Shown here: piece by piece, positions 27,805 to 41,240 of the stretch | How positions within the stretch are numbered: the stretch's first letter is position 1 | How the letters are laid out: every line of letters starts with the position of its first letter | DNA from: the human T2T-CHM13v2.0 reference genome, Homo sapiens | NCBI RefSeq assembly: GCF_009914755.1 | Contig: NC_060935.1 | Strand: one strand, 5' to 3' | Length of the DNA stretch: 64,000 bases | Translations under genes and position numbers: made by a program | Notes under the pieces: generated by a model | What the model was told of the DNA's origin: nothing | The model's input: only the letters and a program-made list of their open reading frames with translations | Database searches by the model: none

Positions 27805-29879
27805 TTAAAACTGGAAGAACCTTAGAAATGACCCCTCAATGCACAGATGCTGACACAGAGGCCCAGAAAGAAGGGTGTTTTTGGGGTCCCTGGGAAGCTG
27901 GGGCTCTGCTGCCCTCAGGACATGGAGCGGGAATACTCAGCCCAGGGCACCCTGGCCTTTTCTCTCTGGGCTCCCGGGTGAGTGTTCAGGACAGCAGCCA
28001 GGTCATGACTGATGATTTTCTAGGGACCTCTACTTTGCTCATTTAGAATCACTGTGACCCTATGGGGTGGGGGGCACCGGAGATGTTTGTTCCGTTTTAC
28101 AGTCAGTAAAACTGAGGCCCAGAAGGAGCCAGGATGTGCTCGAGGTTGCACCTGAGGCCAGGGCACAGCAGTGTCCAGGGTTCTTTTAGAAACGTTGCCC
28201 TTGGTCTGAGTCCTAGGCGCGTGGGTCCAAAGGGATCTCAGGTGGGAGGATGGTGCTGGGGGGTGGGGCCCACCCAGCACCTCTCAGGGAGGCCCGGACT
28301 CATGGCTGCCCGGGGCTGGGTGGAGGAGCTCTGTTCCTCTGGGTCTGTGCAGGCAGGAGCAGAGGTCATCTCCTCCCTGAGTGAACAGGCCTTGACGGTT
28401 GTGTCATGGGGCCCCGTTGGGGGGACACTGTTTAATCTGACTGGCATGAGTAGATTTCAACGGGTCCAAGTCTGACTGCTGTGGGGTGCCTGGGAGCGGG
28501 GCTGGGTGTGCACGGCGGAGGCCCCAGATACCATCCTGCCTGGAGATGCAAGGTGGGAAGGTGTGGCAGAGTCCTCATGGCCTTGGCGGGCTCGGGTGGC
28601 AGGGGGGACCTCCATCTCCACCCTGCTCTGTTTGACCTGGGCTGCTTACTGGAGGGTGGAGGGAGAGCAGCAGGGCCTTGGAGGGACTTAGTGAATGACC
28701 AGCAGAAGGAGTGGCTTCCGATGGCACAGGCGTCCAGGGCAGATGGTTCCGGCCCGCTTACGGTGGGTGAGACACGCAGAGGAAATACCCTCAGAGCTAA
28801 ACCCTGGCTCCTGGGTCAGCCACGGAGTTTCTTCAAGCCCCAGCTTCTGTATCTGGAAAGGGGGTGAGGAGATGACCTTTCTTGAGTAAGTCAGTGCTGG
28901 AGAAGCTGTTCGTGTTCGCTGAGGGTCAGCTTTTGTCGGCGCAAGAATCAGACCTGGCCATGTTGCGGGGCACTCACTCAGCCAGTCTGGTTGGGAAACC
29001 TGCCTTGACCTTGGCTGGAGCGAACCCCTCTCCCAGACAGTGATTCATCGGGGGATGTGGTGTTGAGGAAGGGGTGGTGAACACGTGCTATTGAAGGGAC
29101 GCTGTTTTTCTCCCCCCGCCCCCGGGGTTTCGTCACTGGCCTGGGAAAAGGCTGAATTTGGAGCCCTGTGGGCCGTGCACTTGGTGAGGACTGGTGGGTG
29201 GGGTGTGTCCCGGCTGCCAAGGGAGGAAGGCACACCGTCCTCTTTTCCTCTTTTCCTGAGGCCTCGTGGTGGTCATGACAGTAGCAGGGCCGATGACAGC
29301 TCACACGGCCAGCAGTGTGGGCTCCTCACTCAAAGCTCAAACATGAGGCACAGGCGAGCTTGGTCACCTGGCAACTTGCTCAGGGTCACATGTCTGCTCA
29401 GCCATGGCCGGGACTCCAATCTGCCTCGCGTCCTCTCCTGCTCCTTCTGGGCCACGCTGCGCAGGGAGAAGGACCCCGGCTGGGTGGAAGCCCTTGGACT
29501 CCCTGCCTCAGTTTACCCATCATGTCTTTTGACCTAACCATAGCGACCTTTGGCGCTTATGTATAAAGCTCGCTCTCTTGGCTGCGTCACCAGGCCTGGG
29601 TTCCAGAGAGCCCTCCCTCCCCATGGGCCCAAGGAAGGGCCTGGAGTGAGGTGGCCAGCCGCAGCTTGGCTGGGATGGTATGGTGGTCCATAAGGCCTCG
29701 TGGGCTGTCCAGCTCCAGCCAGCCAGCCTCGGTGAAGCCAGCCGACTTGGCGGCAGTCTCCAGCACTTTGAGACGTTTGTCCCCCTCCTGCCCCCGTCCA
29801 GCTATGACAAGTGGGCTTTCAGTAGATATGACAGCCTCTGGTGGGGGGTCCCTGGCCCCTGTCCATGTCTCTACACTTG

Positions 29880-30320
29880 ACTTGCTCGGAGTTCACTGGC
29901 CCGAAATAATGTTCCCAATGCAAGTCGGCGGACGGAACATTCGGAGTGGACGGTTTGCTTCCCCCCCACTTTTTAATACATTAAACATGCGTTACTGGAG
30001 TTCTACCCGATTCCTCTGACAGCTGTGAAAAAATAAAGAAAATTCAGTTTGAACTTAAAAAGCTCGGGCTTAATTTATGTCCCGCACCTTTGTCTGCTGG
30101 GTCCTTTTTCCTCTTCCGATGGAAAGGCCCCAGGGAGCGGGCGACAGAGGCTCGGCCACCCCACGTGGCCCCTCAGTGCCCGGGCCTTAATAGGGGCGCC
30201 CAGTGGCCAACACGGAGGGGAGTTTTCAGATGGAAATCGGACAAAACAATGCAATCATCTGTCTCGCAATCTGTTTTGAAGGGGAAAGAAAGAGCGGGCA
30301 GAGAGGAGAGAGTCGTTTTC
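29880..30320. promoter_or_regulatory. Candidate intronic enhancer (CArG, E-box, C/EBP half-sites)
   Basis: CCACGTGG 30161-30168, CCTTAATAGG 30185-30194, GCAAT x2; CpG-retaining unique DNA. Confidence 0.5.
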
Positions 30321-30502
30321 TACTAGGGGAGGCTTCATTCAGAGAGTTTTATAGGAGAAGACAGATGTCATGAATACTGATGTGGAGAGCCTGGGTCTGG
30401 CAGAGTTTTTTTAATTTTCTGAGTTGTAAAGACAAAGTGTTTTAATAACACAGGGAAACACATGTTGATGGGTGGGTCTTTAGCTCATTCTGATTTCTCT
30501 AA

Positions 30503-30536
30503 CTCCCTCTCTTTCTCCTCCTTTCTTTCCGTCTTT

Positions 30537-30574
<38 letters not shown>

Positions 30575-30678
30575 TCCTTCCTTCCTTCCTTCCTTCCTTC
30601 CTTCCTTCCTTCCTTCCTTCCTTCCTTCCTTCCTTCCTCCCTCCCTCCCTCCCTCCCTCCCTCCCTCCCTTCCTTCCT
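30503..30678. repeat. Compound (CTGC)n(TTCC)16(CCCT)n microsatellite in Alu tail
   Basis: (TTCC)16 at 30574-30637 counted directly. Confidence 0.96.
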
Positions 30679-30968
30679 TTTTTTGAGACAGGGTCTCGCT
30701 CTGTGGTCCAGGCTGGAGTGCAGGGGTGCAATCTCTGTTCACTGCAACCTCTGCCTCCTGGGTTCCAGCGATTCTCTTGCCACAGCCTCCTGAGTAGCTG
30801 GGACCACAGGCGCCCATCGTCACGCCCAGCTAATTTTTTTGTAGTTTTAGTAGAGATGGAGTTTTGCCATTTTGCCCAGGCCGGTAACAAACTCCTGGCC
30901 TCAAGTGATCCACACACCTCGGCCTCCCAAAGTGTTGAGATTACAGGTGTGAGTCACCATGCCCGGCC
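30679..30968 (-). mobile_element. Alu (old, AluJ/Sz-like)
   Basis: Full dimer. Confidence 0.94.
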
Positions 30969-31723
30969 TCTCCTTTTTTCTTCTTCTTTCTTTCCTTTCT
31001 CCTCCTTTTCCTTTTATCACCCTGTCTCCCTCTGTCTGTCTCTTTCTCCCTGTTTCTTCTCTTGGCCTGTTATGGGGTTCGGGAGCCACACAAAACATTT
31101 CCTTCTGTGCCCTTTCACGGCCCACCTTCCTGGTTGAGAGAAGGAATCTGCTCTTCTGAAGCACTGTGCTTCCATCTGAATGGCACAGCATTTCCGAGTT
31201 TGGGGACAGAATGTATTGAGCTAAAAGAGGTGTTTGCTCATGCACTCACTCTACAATGGGGGCGGGAAAAACAGGTGAATCAAGTGTGGGGCCTGCCTGT
31301 CCGTCAGGAGCTGCTGGTCAGACAAATATGAACGTGGACACAACCTGCTGGGAGGCGTCTCTGCTTTTGGCTCTCTGGGCAGTGGGGCACGTGTGCCCAT
31401 AAGGCAGGTGCTGTCCCTGGTCTTGGAACTTCTTATGAAACCAGCCTGCCCGGCACCTCCTGCCATCCCTGTGAGGTGATGGGACAGGTGCTAAGCCTGC
31501 CCTTGGACAGATAAGAAAACTGCAGCCCCAGGCACAGAGGCACAAGCTGAGAGGTGACGTCAGGACTGAACTGTGAGCCTGGGAGTCCAAATCTAGGCTC
31601 ACCCAGTCTTTCTGGCTCCAGTGAGGGCCCGCCACTGTCATCCGACGGATGGCATGTGTGATTTTTGGCACACGCCTGTGCAGGTGACTCCCACAGGTGC
31701 CCCGGAGGGAGGCGCTGCTGTGA

Positions 31724-32131
<408 letters not shown>

Positions 32132-32134
32132 ACT

Positions 32135-32550
32135 ATTATTTTTTAAATTGTGGTAAAATATAACATAATATTTATCATTCTAGCCAGTTGTGAGTGTACA
32201 ACTCTGTGGCATTTCATCCATTCATGATGAGGTATAGCCACTGCTGCTCCCTATACCCAAACATTTCCAGAGTCCTCAGCAAAACCTGGGTACCCATTAA
32301 ACAGCAACTCCTCCCAGCCCCTGGTAACCTCTGTTCTTCTTTCTGTGTCTGTGGATTTGACTTCTCTGGGCACCTCATGTGAGCGGAATTGTACGGCATG
32401 TGTGTCTTCATGTCTGGCTTATCTCACCCAGCAAATGTCGTCTAGCTTCATCTGTGTTGTAGTGTGTGTCTGAGCTTCCTTCCTTCTTAAGGCTCAATAC
32501 TATTCCAATGTGTGAAGAGACCACATTTCGTTTATCTGTTCATCTGTTTG
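32135..32550 (-). mobile_element. L1MB 3' end
   Basis: aattgtggtaaaatataacataa...cccagcccctggtaacc...ttaaggctcaatactattcca. Confidence 0.85.
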
Positions 32551-33879
32551 GTGACTGAGCTCCCTCCATGCTCTCCAACAATAATCATGCTCCTCCACAG
32601 ACAGGTGTCTTGGCTGATGGTGTCAGAGACCCCCTGGCAAGCCGCTGCTATGGGAGGGGTCTTCTCCCTCTCATGCCACCCAAGGAGACTCTGTGGGGTC
32701 CCTGCAGACCCCGCAGCATGGTCAGGGGCTCTGACTGGAGGCTGTTCCCTCCAACAGGACTCAGCAGTCAGGGTCTCCCAGGGAACCCCTGTATGCAGAC
32801 TCTGGGAAGACAGGTGGATCAGGTGTGGGGACTGTCTGTCCCTCAGGAGCTGCTGGTTGAATGAATGCGACTGTCTCCTGCTGGGACACGCCTCTGCCTC
32901 AGGCTCTGGGCAGTGGGGGACGTGTGCCCCTAAAGAAGGTACAACCCCCGGTCTTGGTGCCTGGAGTCATAAGATCCATAGACACAGGGCAAGAGGGGCT
33001 TCCTGGGCACCCGCCGTGTGCAGGCTCTGCGTGAGGCACAGGGTTCGGGACTCAGTGGTGAATAAACTGCCATCCCCTTGTGGGGAAGAAGGGCAGGTGC
33101 ACCTAGCTTACGCGTTCACTTGACAAGCAAGTATTGAGTGCCTTCTGTATACAGGTCTGCAGCTGGTGCTGGGGGCCGGCCTTTGGATCTGGTGTCCACC
33201 CCCTGACCTGGGCCCAGGCCCTCCCCATCGTCCTCTGCCGTAGGAGGTATCAGAGAGCAAGTACCTTCCTTAGTCACACCCATCACGTACATAGTGGATG
33301 TGCCTCTTTTTCGGGGCAGGGGGTAATCTTAATCACCAAGCAATTACTAAATGCCGACCATGTTCTCAGGCTTGGCAGAGGTGGGTGCTTGTTACCCCAA
33401 GGGACAACCACTTCCCTCCATGCTCCCCACCCCACCCAAGACCCTTCTCCACTCCACTCCTGACTGCCGCCTCCCACCTCTGCCCTGGGTCGCTGTCTTT
33501 ATTGTCTTCCTCAACATCTTCCATGGGAAAGGCCAATGGCTTGAAACAGGATTGACGAGACACCCGGGGCCTGCTCCACACCCGTGGGCTCCTGGGCGTG
33601 CACCCAAGAGCCTCCACCCCTGAATGGCTGGCATCCAGGTGGGCTTCCCATAAGGAGCCCCCTTCTGCGGGCCTGGGAGGGTGGGGAGCCTGTGGCGAGG
33701 TGGCGGGGAAGAGAAAGGGCACAGGTGCCCCCTCACTCCGAGCCTATCGGATCCCGGAGACTTGCAGGCTATAGACCTAGAGGTCCAGCCAGGAGGGCTG
33801 GCAGGGACCATGAAGCAGGAGACGTCAGGGCAGAGAGAATGCCTTTTAGAGCCAGATAAATTCTTACTTCCCCTTTCCC

Positions 33880-33985
33880 AGCTGCGTGACCCTGGGAAAC
33901 TTCAACACTCCGTGTCTCAGTCCTCTCATCTGTAAAATGAATCTGATGAGAACTGTGTAAGAATAGAGGTGTGTGGAGAGCTCTC
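33880..33985 (+). mobile_element. MIR fragment forming the 5' part of putative exon 2
   Basis: gctgcgtgaccctgggaaac...gtctcagtcctctcatctgtaaaatg. Confidence 0.8.
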
Positions 33986-35149
33986 TGGTGCCAGGCTCAT
34001 GGCAAGACTGTGGTGACACCAGCCATCGGAAGGCAGGGAGGCTCCTCTGTGGACAGCTGGATGCACAGGTGCGTAGCAGGAGCTCAGGAGGGTGTGCCCG
34101 CGGAGTCGCAGGTAAGGGAGCCACTCCAGATTGCAGAGCTTGGCTTGGAGGTGTCGCCTCAGGAGGGTCTTCCATTGCCTGGAGACCCCACATAGGCCCT
34201 CTTCTTCCTTCAAACACAGCCCCCAACCTCTCTGCAGGGAAGTCCTCCCTGACCTTCCAAACCAGGGCAGACCCTTGTCTGGGCTCCGTCGGCCTGGACA
34301 TGGTGCCATTTCCCACTAGTGGGGCAGAAGCCTGTCTACTTCAGTCTCCCTTGTGTCCCCAAGCAATGGGGACTTGAGCATAAACGTTCATGAGTGACAC
34401 ATTTATATTGATAGGCAGGGCCACACTGTGGGAGGAGCTGGTGGCCTGAGAACCCCTGTGAACAGCAGGGTGACACGTGGCCTCTGGTGATCCCTTTTGG
34501 GAAACGTCTGAGAGTCTGAGGCTGTCAGGCCCCTGACGCTGACTCATGGCTGGGACAACCTTGAGAGAGTCACTGCTCTATTTCCCCATCTGTCAGCCAG
34601 GGGCTTGGCATGGGTGTTCTCTGTGGGTCCTTCCAGCACTGAGGTTCTGAGGTCATTGTTGCAGGGGTAGACGACTCTGGGGTGGCAGGTGGGGCTGCCG
34701 TAATCTTGGGGGAATGAGCTTTGCTTTAGGTGAGGCTGTGCAGAGGCATCTGTGTCGAAGGAGACCAAGGCCTGCTCTGCTTGCCTCCCTGCAGCTGGCT
34801 GGGCTCCTTGCTCTCCAAGGTTCCTGGACTTTCCTCCAGACCCGAGTGCAAGCTCCCTGTGGCTTCCACCCACCGCTCACAGGAGTCTCTGCAGCCACCA
34901 GACCCAGAGCCCAGACACCATCCACTGTCGGGGAGAGGCACGTGTCCACAGCTTCCTGGAATGCAAGGCTGCATGTGGCCAGGGCTGCTGCCCGCTGAGG
35001 GGCAAGTGCATGCCTGGAGACCACAGTAAGGAGCCAGTCTCATGCTCTGGGAGTTTAGATAAGGCTTCATGCCCCTTGGAGCCAAACCTCTGAATTCCAT
35101 GGAGTTGTTGGGTCAAAGAGCTTGCCTAGGTCTGAGTTGTGGATACCTG

Positions 35150-35470
35150 TTGTCAATGAGCTCTCCACAAAGGGGTTACCATGATAGGTCCCACCACCTG
35201 TACCTCTCCTCTCCAAATTTCACCACTGTTCTTTCACACCTTTGCCAATTTGGTAAGTGCAAAATGATATTTTAGTTGTCTATGCTTACACTGATTGGAG
35301 GAATGCTTTAAGTTTGATTATTGGTAAGTGAAACATTTTGTTACCTGTATTTACTGATCCCACTTTCCTTTTATGAATGTCCCAGTTACATCTTTTGTCC
35401 ATTTTTCTATTATTGTGTTTCTTGTTCTTACTGATTTGTAAGAGCTCTTTGTATATTCAGGTTATGAAGA
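35150..35470 (-). mobile_element. Old L1M fragment
   Basis: tcttttgtccatttttctatt...gatttgtaagagctctttgtatatt. Confidence 0.7.
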
Positions 35471-35952
35471 GGGTCAAGGTTTATTCATGAATGACATTTC
35501 TCTTTTCTGAAGGGGGCAAATGGAGCATTTACTCCTTTCTCAAAGTGAGCTGATATTTGAATTTATTATTGTCTATTTTTCCATACTCTGTTTTACACTT
35601 TTCTTTGCACTTTGTAGCTGTCTGGGCACAGATGCCACCGAGAGAGCTAGAAAAAGTCACAAGGAGATCTTGGTCTCAGAGCAAAGGGCCCGCATGTAAC
35701 GGCTTTGTAGGTCCCAGTGTGCAGGAGAGGATGTCTGAGTTCATGCTCTGGGTGCTTTCCCTGGCCGGCAGATGACAGGGAAGGAGCAAGCCCCAGTCCC
35801 TCCCCAACACACACAGCCCCTGCCCCCGACCAAACACGAAGTCACTTCTTTGGGGACAAGCAGATTTTTCAAACAAAGTTTGCCAAATATGCACATTTTT
35901 TTTTTTTCTCCAGGGCAGATGCAAACGGTCTTTTCAAATCAGTTTGGAGGAA

Positions 35953-36015
35953 AATAAATGAGCCCACGCTGAGGCTTCAATAAATCTTTGCGTAGCCACA
36001 AGGGTGAGTTTTGGG
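35953..36015 (+). terminator. Polyadenylation signals (two AATAAA) plus GT-rich downstream element
   Basis: AATAAA 35953-35958 and 35979-35984; gggtgagttttggg at about 36002. Confidence 0.5.
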
Positions 36016-37071
36016 CCCGATGAAGGGCCCAGTGTGTGGCTTATGAATGATGCCCAGTGACGGCTCTGCTGCCCCCGCCTTCCCCTCTTCCCCTCCTCCG
36101 TCCCCCAACCCAATTTAAACTTGGACATTAATGTTTTAAGACAAAGGGACCTTTGGGCATTTCTCCCCCTTGTGGAGGAAGTCTCTCCGGTGAATTATTT
36201 GTCGTGGCTGTGCTCGGCGTGTGATGGGGGCTCGTGTCTCCGAGCCAGGGCCTGTCTCCAGGAGATGATCCATGTGCCGCCCTCCTGCCCTGGGGGCTCC
36301 AGGACCCCCAGCCCCAGATGCAGACAGGACTGTGGTCCCCCGAGGGGATTATTCCTCCCTGCCTGCCATCCCTGCTGGATCCTGGATCGTGCTGGCAGCA
36401 ACCCAGTGTGGCTCACATAGACATCGCCTCTTGATGGGTCTCCCTGCCTTAGTCCCCATCCATTCTCCAAAGTGGGGGTGGCCGAAGGATGGCGTGAGAG
36501 GCTCTGAGCCTGCCTTTCCCCTGAATATCCCTGGATCAAGCCCAAAGCCTTAGCTTAGCATCCTGGTGACATCTCTGCTCTCATCTCCCTTCCTCTCCCT
36601 GGTGTGGACACTGCACCCACCACCAGCTCTGAGCACATGGCCCATTGGCTCTGCAGGGGCCCTCCTCTCTGTCTGCAGTGGCCACCTTGCCACCAGGCCC
36701 ACCTGAAGGAACCGTGCCTCTCTTTACGGACTGACCCCAAGGTTTGCCCATGCTTGGAGGTCTGTCTGACTTTGCTTTCCTGATGCCTGGCAGTGGACCA
36801 CCATGCCCACTTGTCGGTGGCTGTGTAGCTCATACTCACTCCATCTGGCAGTTTCCACCCACCGAGGACCACTCAAGTTTGCCCCACTCCATGTCTGCTG
36901 TTGGGAGGGGATGGTGCATCCCACAAGCAACAGGAGCCACGGAGCTGGGGGCTGGGGCTGTCAGCCTGGATGGGCCAGGAGGGGACCTTGCTGTGCCTAG
37001 TGGAAGAGTAGGTGGTCCCCTACTGGCTCCAGGCCGCTGGGTGGGTCACTTGCCCATCCCTGCCTGGGTGT

Positions 37072-37895
37072 CTATAGTGGGTGTTCCCGCCAAAATTCAT
37101 GTCCCCCTGGAACCTCAGAATGTAACCTTATTTGAAAATAGGGTCTTTGCAGATATAGTTAAGTAAGGATCTTGAGATGTGGTCATCCTATATTGGGGGA
37201 GGGGACAGTAAATACAATAAATGTCCTTGGGAAAGACAAAAGAAAAGACCCAGCCACAAAGAAGAAGGCCATGTGGAGACAGAGGCAGGGATGGGGGTGA
37301 TGTGGCTACAAGGCGTGGAACTCAGAGCCCCCAGAAGCTGAAGGAGGCGGGAAGTTTCCTCCCAAGAGCTGCCAGGGGTGGGGCGGGGCAGAGGTGGCAT
37401 GCGGAATGCTCTGCCCACACTGGATGTATGAATCTGTTCTCATGCTGCTAGTAAAGACATACCTGAGACTGGGTAATTTATAAAGAAAAAGAGGTTTAAT
37501 GGACTCACTGTCCCACGGGGCTGGAGAGGCCTTATAATCATGGTGGAAGGCAAAGGAGATGCAAAGTCGTGTCTTACGTGGCGGCAGGCAAGTGAGAGAG
37601 AGCATGTGCAGGGGAATTCCCCTGTATAAAACCATCAGGTCTCGTGAAACTTACTCACCAACACAAGAGCACAGGAAAGACCCATCCTCATGATTCAGTT
37701 ACCTCCCACTAGGTCTCTCCCAGGACATGTGGGGATTATGGGAGCTACAATTCAAGATTTGGGTGGGGATACAGCCAAACTGTATCACTTGATTTCAGGA
37801 TCCTGGCCTCCAGGAGTGTGAGAGGGCAAATTTCTGTTGTTTTAAGCCACCTGGTTTGTGGCAATCTCTTCCAGCAGCCCCAGGAAATGAACACA
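37072..37895 (+). mobile_element. MLT1B/C LTR split by THE1
   Basis: gaacctcagaatgtaaccttatttgaaaatagggtctttgcagat...ttttaagccacctggtttgtgg. Confidence 0.88.
37425..37787 (-). mobile_element. THE1 (THE1B/C-like) solo LTR nested in MLT1
   Basis: TG...CA ends; 5-bp TSD CTGGA/CTTGA. Confidence 0.93.
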
Positions 37896-38414
37896 GGGTC
37901 CATTGCCAACAGTCCTAAAATCATTTTTGAAGGAAGCATTTCTCAATTTCCAGGTTTCCTTCAAGTAGAGCAGGTCCTTTCCACTGCTGCCACCCAGAGC
38001 ACTCGTCTGTGAGCCCAGAGAGCTTCAGGCACCATCTCCTCTGCCCTTACAGCTGCCCTGGAAGAGAGAGGCCCATGTTGCCCCCTCTTCATGGACCAAA
38101 AAATTGAGCCCCAGAGAGATAGGCACATGATCAAGGCTTCAGAGCTTGACCACTTGGGCTGACTCCCTGTGACTTGGGCCAGGCCACAGGGGGAAGCAGC
38201 AGACAGGCTGTCTATATTCACAGAATCTGGTTTTGTGGCTCCACACACTGCTTGTACCTGGGTGGGAGCTGGTAGACTTCACTGCTACCAGAATGTTCAC
38301 CCAGGAGGCAGTCAGAATGCATTGAATGAATGACTGCCTGACTATGAAGGAATGAATTGATGATGCAGCCAGTCTGGCAAACTCCAGGGATGACGATCAC
38401 TTTTACCATTTGGA

Positions 38415-38730
38415 CCAACCAACCAATCGGTTAAATTACCATTCAGCCAACCAACCAACCAACCAACTAACCAACCAACCAACCAATCAATCGGTTAAAT
38501 AACCAACCAACCAACCAACCAACCAACCAACCAACCAACCAACCAACCAACCAATCAACCAACCAACCAACCAATCAACTAACCAATCAGCCAACCAATT
38601 CAATAAGCAACTAACTAAACAACCTAACAACCAACTAACTAATTAACCAATTAAATAACCAACTAACCAACCAACCAATTAAATAACCAACTAACCAATT
38701 CAATAGCCAATCAATTGATCAATTAACAAA
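38415..38730. repeat. (AACC)n array decaying to (AACT/AATT)n
   Basis: Read directly. Confidence 0.96.
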
Positions 38731-39624
38731 CTCATCTCTCCCTCCCTACCTTTCTGCCTTAATGGGAGTGGCTCTTGTTCCCCTTGCAGGGCTCCCAGTC
38801 CATAAGTGCCTTTGGCATACTCCATTTGGGAAGTGGACAGCTCATCTCATTTTCTAAGAACACCTCTGGATTATGCCCCTTGGTGATGTAGCCACCTTCC
38901 ACTCAGTGATGGTCAACATCTGGAGGTGTAAATAGAATACAGATGAATCCAGACTTGGAGCAGGCCATGGGGTATTCTTAAAGACTCCATGTGTGTCTTG
39001 GAGTAGCCCATGTCATATTCAGAATCACAGCTGGGGCTCCAAATCCCACTGGCCTACCCATTAATCTATCACTGTAGACTAGTGGTAGAATTGGTGACCA
39101 GATATTCTAGTCTGGGATATGATCTTGGGATCTTAAGAGAACTTTCTGCACTTCAAGGTCCAGTTTCTTCACCCAGAGAAGGGGCTGCCAGGTATACCAC
39201 GAGATGAGAGTTCCTCCACAGGGGGACACAATTGCAGCAGAGATGGCCAAGGGCAGGAACTCCTACTATCCTCATTTATATATGAGGCAAACAAGACTTG
39301 GAGAATTCAAGTGACTTGCTCAAGGTAATGCAGCCAGCCTCAAAGAAAGGGAGCCGAGATTAAAACCCTGGCCCACATGCTCCAGAGCTGGGAGGCTTTT
39401 CTGTAGGCCCATCAGGAGATAAGTTATGTCTCCTGGCTGAAGGCCACCTTCCACCTCCCAGCCCCCAAGCCAATTGCATCAGACATAAAGATTTGTTTCA
39501 GGGTGTCTTGTTGGTTTTCCAGCTCCAACCTGGCTCAGGATCTCCTTTTGTTTTTTGGACTCATTCCCAGTGCAGAGGTGCCTGGGCTATTAATAGCAGA
39601 GGAATCTGGGCTCCATCACCAGCC

Positions 39625-40315
39625 TTTCCATCCATCCATCCATCCATCCATCCATCCATCCATCCATCCATCCGCTTACTCACCCACATGGTCTCCCACC
39701 CATTCACCCATTCACCTATTCATCCATCCATCCACCCATGTGTTCATACATACATATATACATATGCCCATCCATCCATACATTTAACCATCCACTCATC
39801 CACCACCCACCCATCCATCCACTCATTTATTAACCCATCTATCCATCCATATATCCATTGATTCATATATACATATACCTGTCCATCATCCATCTATCCA
39901 CATATCCATCCATCTGTAAATTATCAAATTGTTCATTTGTCTCTATACTTATACATTATTCCGTCCATCCATCATCTATCCACCTATTCATGCATGAATC
40001 CACCCATCCATTCATCCATCCATCCACCTACCCACCCATCCATTTATCCATCCATCCATCCACTCATCCATCCATCCATCCATCCATCCACCCATCCACC
40101 CACCCACCCACCCATTTATCCATCCATCCATCCATCCATCCATCCATCCATCCATCCATCCATCATTTATCCATCCGTCCATCCGTCCACTCATCTATCC
40201 ATCCATCCATCCACCCACCCACCCATCCATTTGTCCATCTGTCCATCCATCCACTCATTCATCCATCCATCATCCATCCATCCATCCATCCATCCATCCA
40301 TCCATCCATCAGTCC
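39625..40315. repeat. Degenerate (TCCA)n array, about 690 bp
   Basis: Read directly. Confidence 0.96.
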
Positions 40316-40989
40316 ATCTCATATCTATTTGTCTCCAACATCTGGTTTAGTATAAACATCGATAGAATGAACAAATGCACCAGTGGGCCTTGTGTTGGAC
40401 ACTTTCTGTGTCCTGCCTCAAATCATCTCCACCTTCCTTACTGCAGCCCTTCTGCTGACAGCTGGCTGCATGGGGGCAAAAATCTGACAACACCCACTCC
40501 TGCTGCCACAGTCTGTCCTTTCTGCTCTGGGGTTCTCTGCTGCAGTGCCTTTGGGAGCTTCTCAGCCATCTGACTCATGCTGGCGAGGTGTGCACTCTGC
40601 AGCAGCGCCAGCTGTAAGACACACCCTCAGATGGGCTTGTCCTCTTGCCCTGTTTCATGCCTCCTGGTCCCTGTTTCTGGGCCTTATCCCCAAAACGTGA
40701 CACTTGAGTAAGCCCTTTTCTAAGGCTCAGGCAGATCCAAAAGCACATTTAAATATTTTCAGGATTCTGCCGATTTAGAGCAACTAGGATTCCAAAGAAG
40801 GAAAACTTACTCAATCAGTTTATTGTCAGAGGCTCCACATCATTCATTTGTTTATTCATTTTTTCGCTTATTCATTCAGTCAGGCCACAAGTTTCTTCAG
40901 GACTGGGATCATGCTTGTCCCCATTCTGTTCCTAATGGAGGCTATCCATGTAGTAGTCGCTGGCAAATAACTCTTAGTGACTTAAGTTC

Positions 40990-41240
40990 AGGAGGCAGAA
41001 GCATGGTGAAGGGGGCAGATACTGGGCCAGAAAGACATGCATTCCAATCCCAGCTCTACCACTTTGTAGAAGTGGGGTCTTGGGCATGTCATTTCACCTC
41101 TCTGAGCTTCAGTTTTCCCATATGCAAAATGGGCATAAAGATAGCAATTTGAGGGGTTCCTGTGGGGCTGCAATGAGACCTCATGCATCAGGCCCTTCAC
41201 ACAGAGCCTGGCGAGGGCTCATGGTGAGGGATGGGCTGTC
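40990..41240 (+). mobile_element. MIR SINE, near full length
   Basis: aatcccagctctaccact...ctctctgagcttcagttttcccatatgcaaaatggg. Confidence 0.85.

Noticed and set aside
32512-33123. 203-aa + strand ORF
   Set aside because: Starts at GTG inside an L1MB fragment, runs into L2-like sequence, and has no recognisable domain
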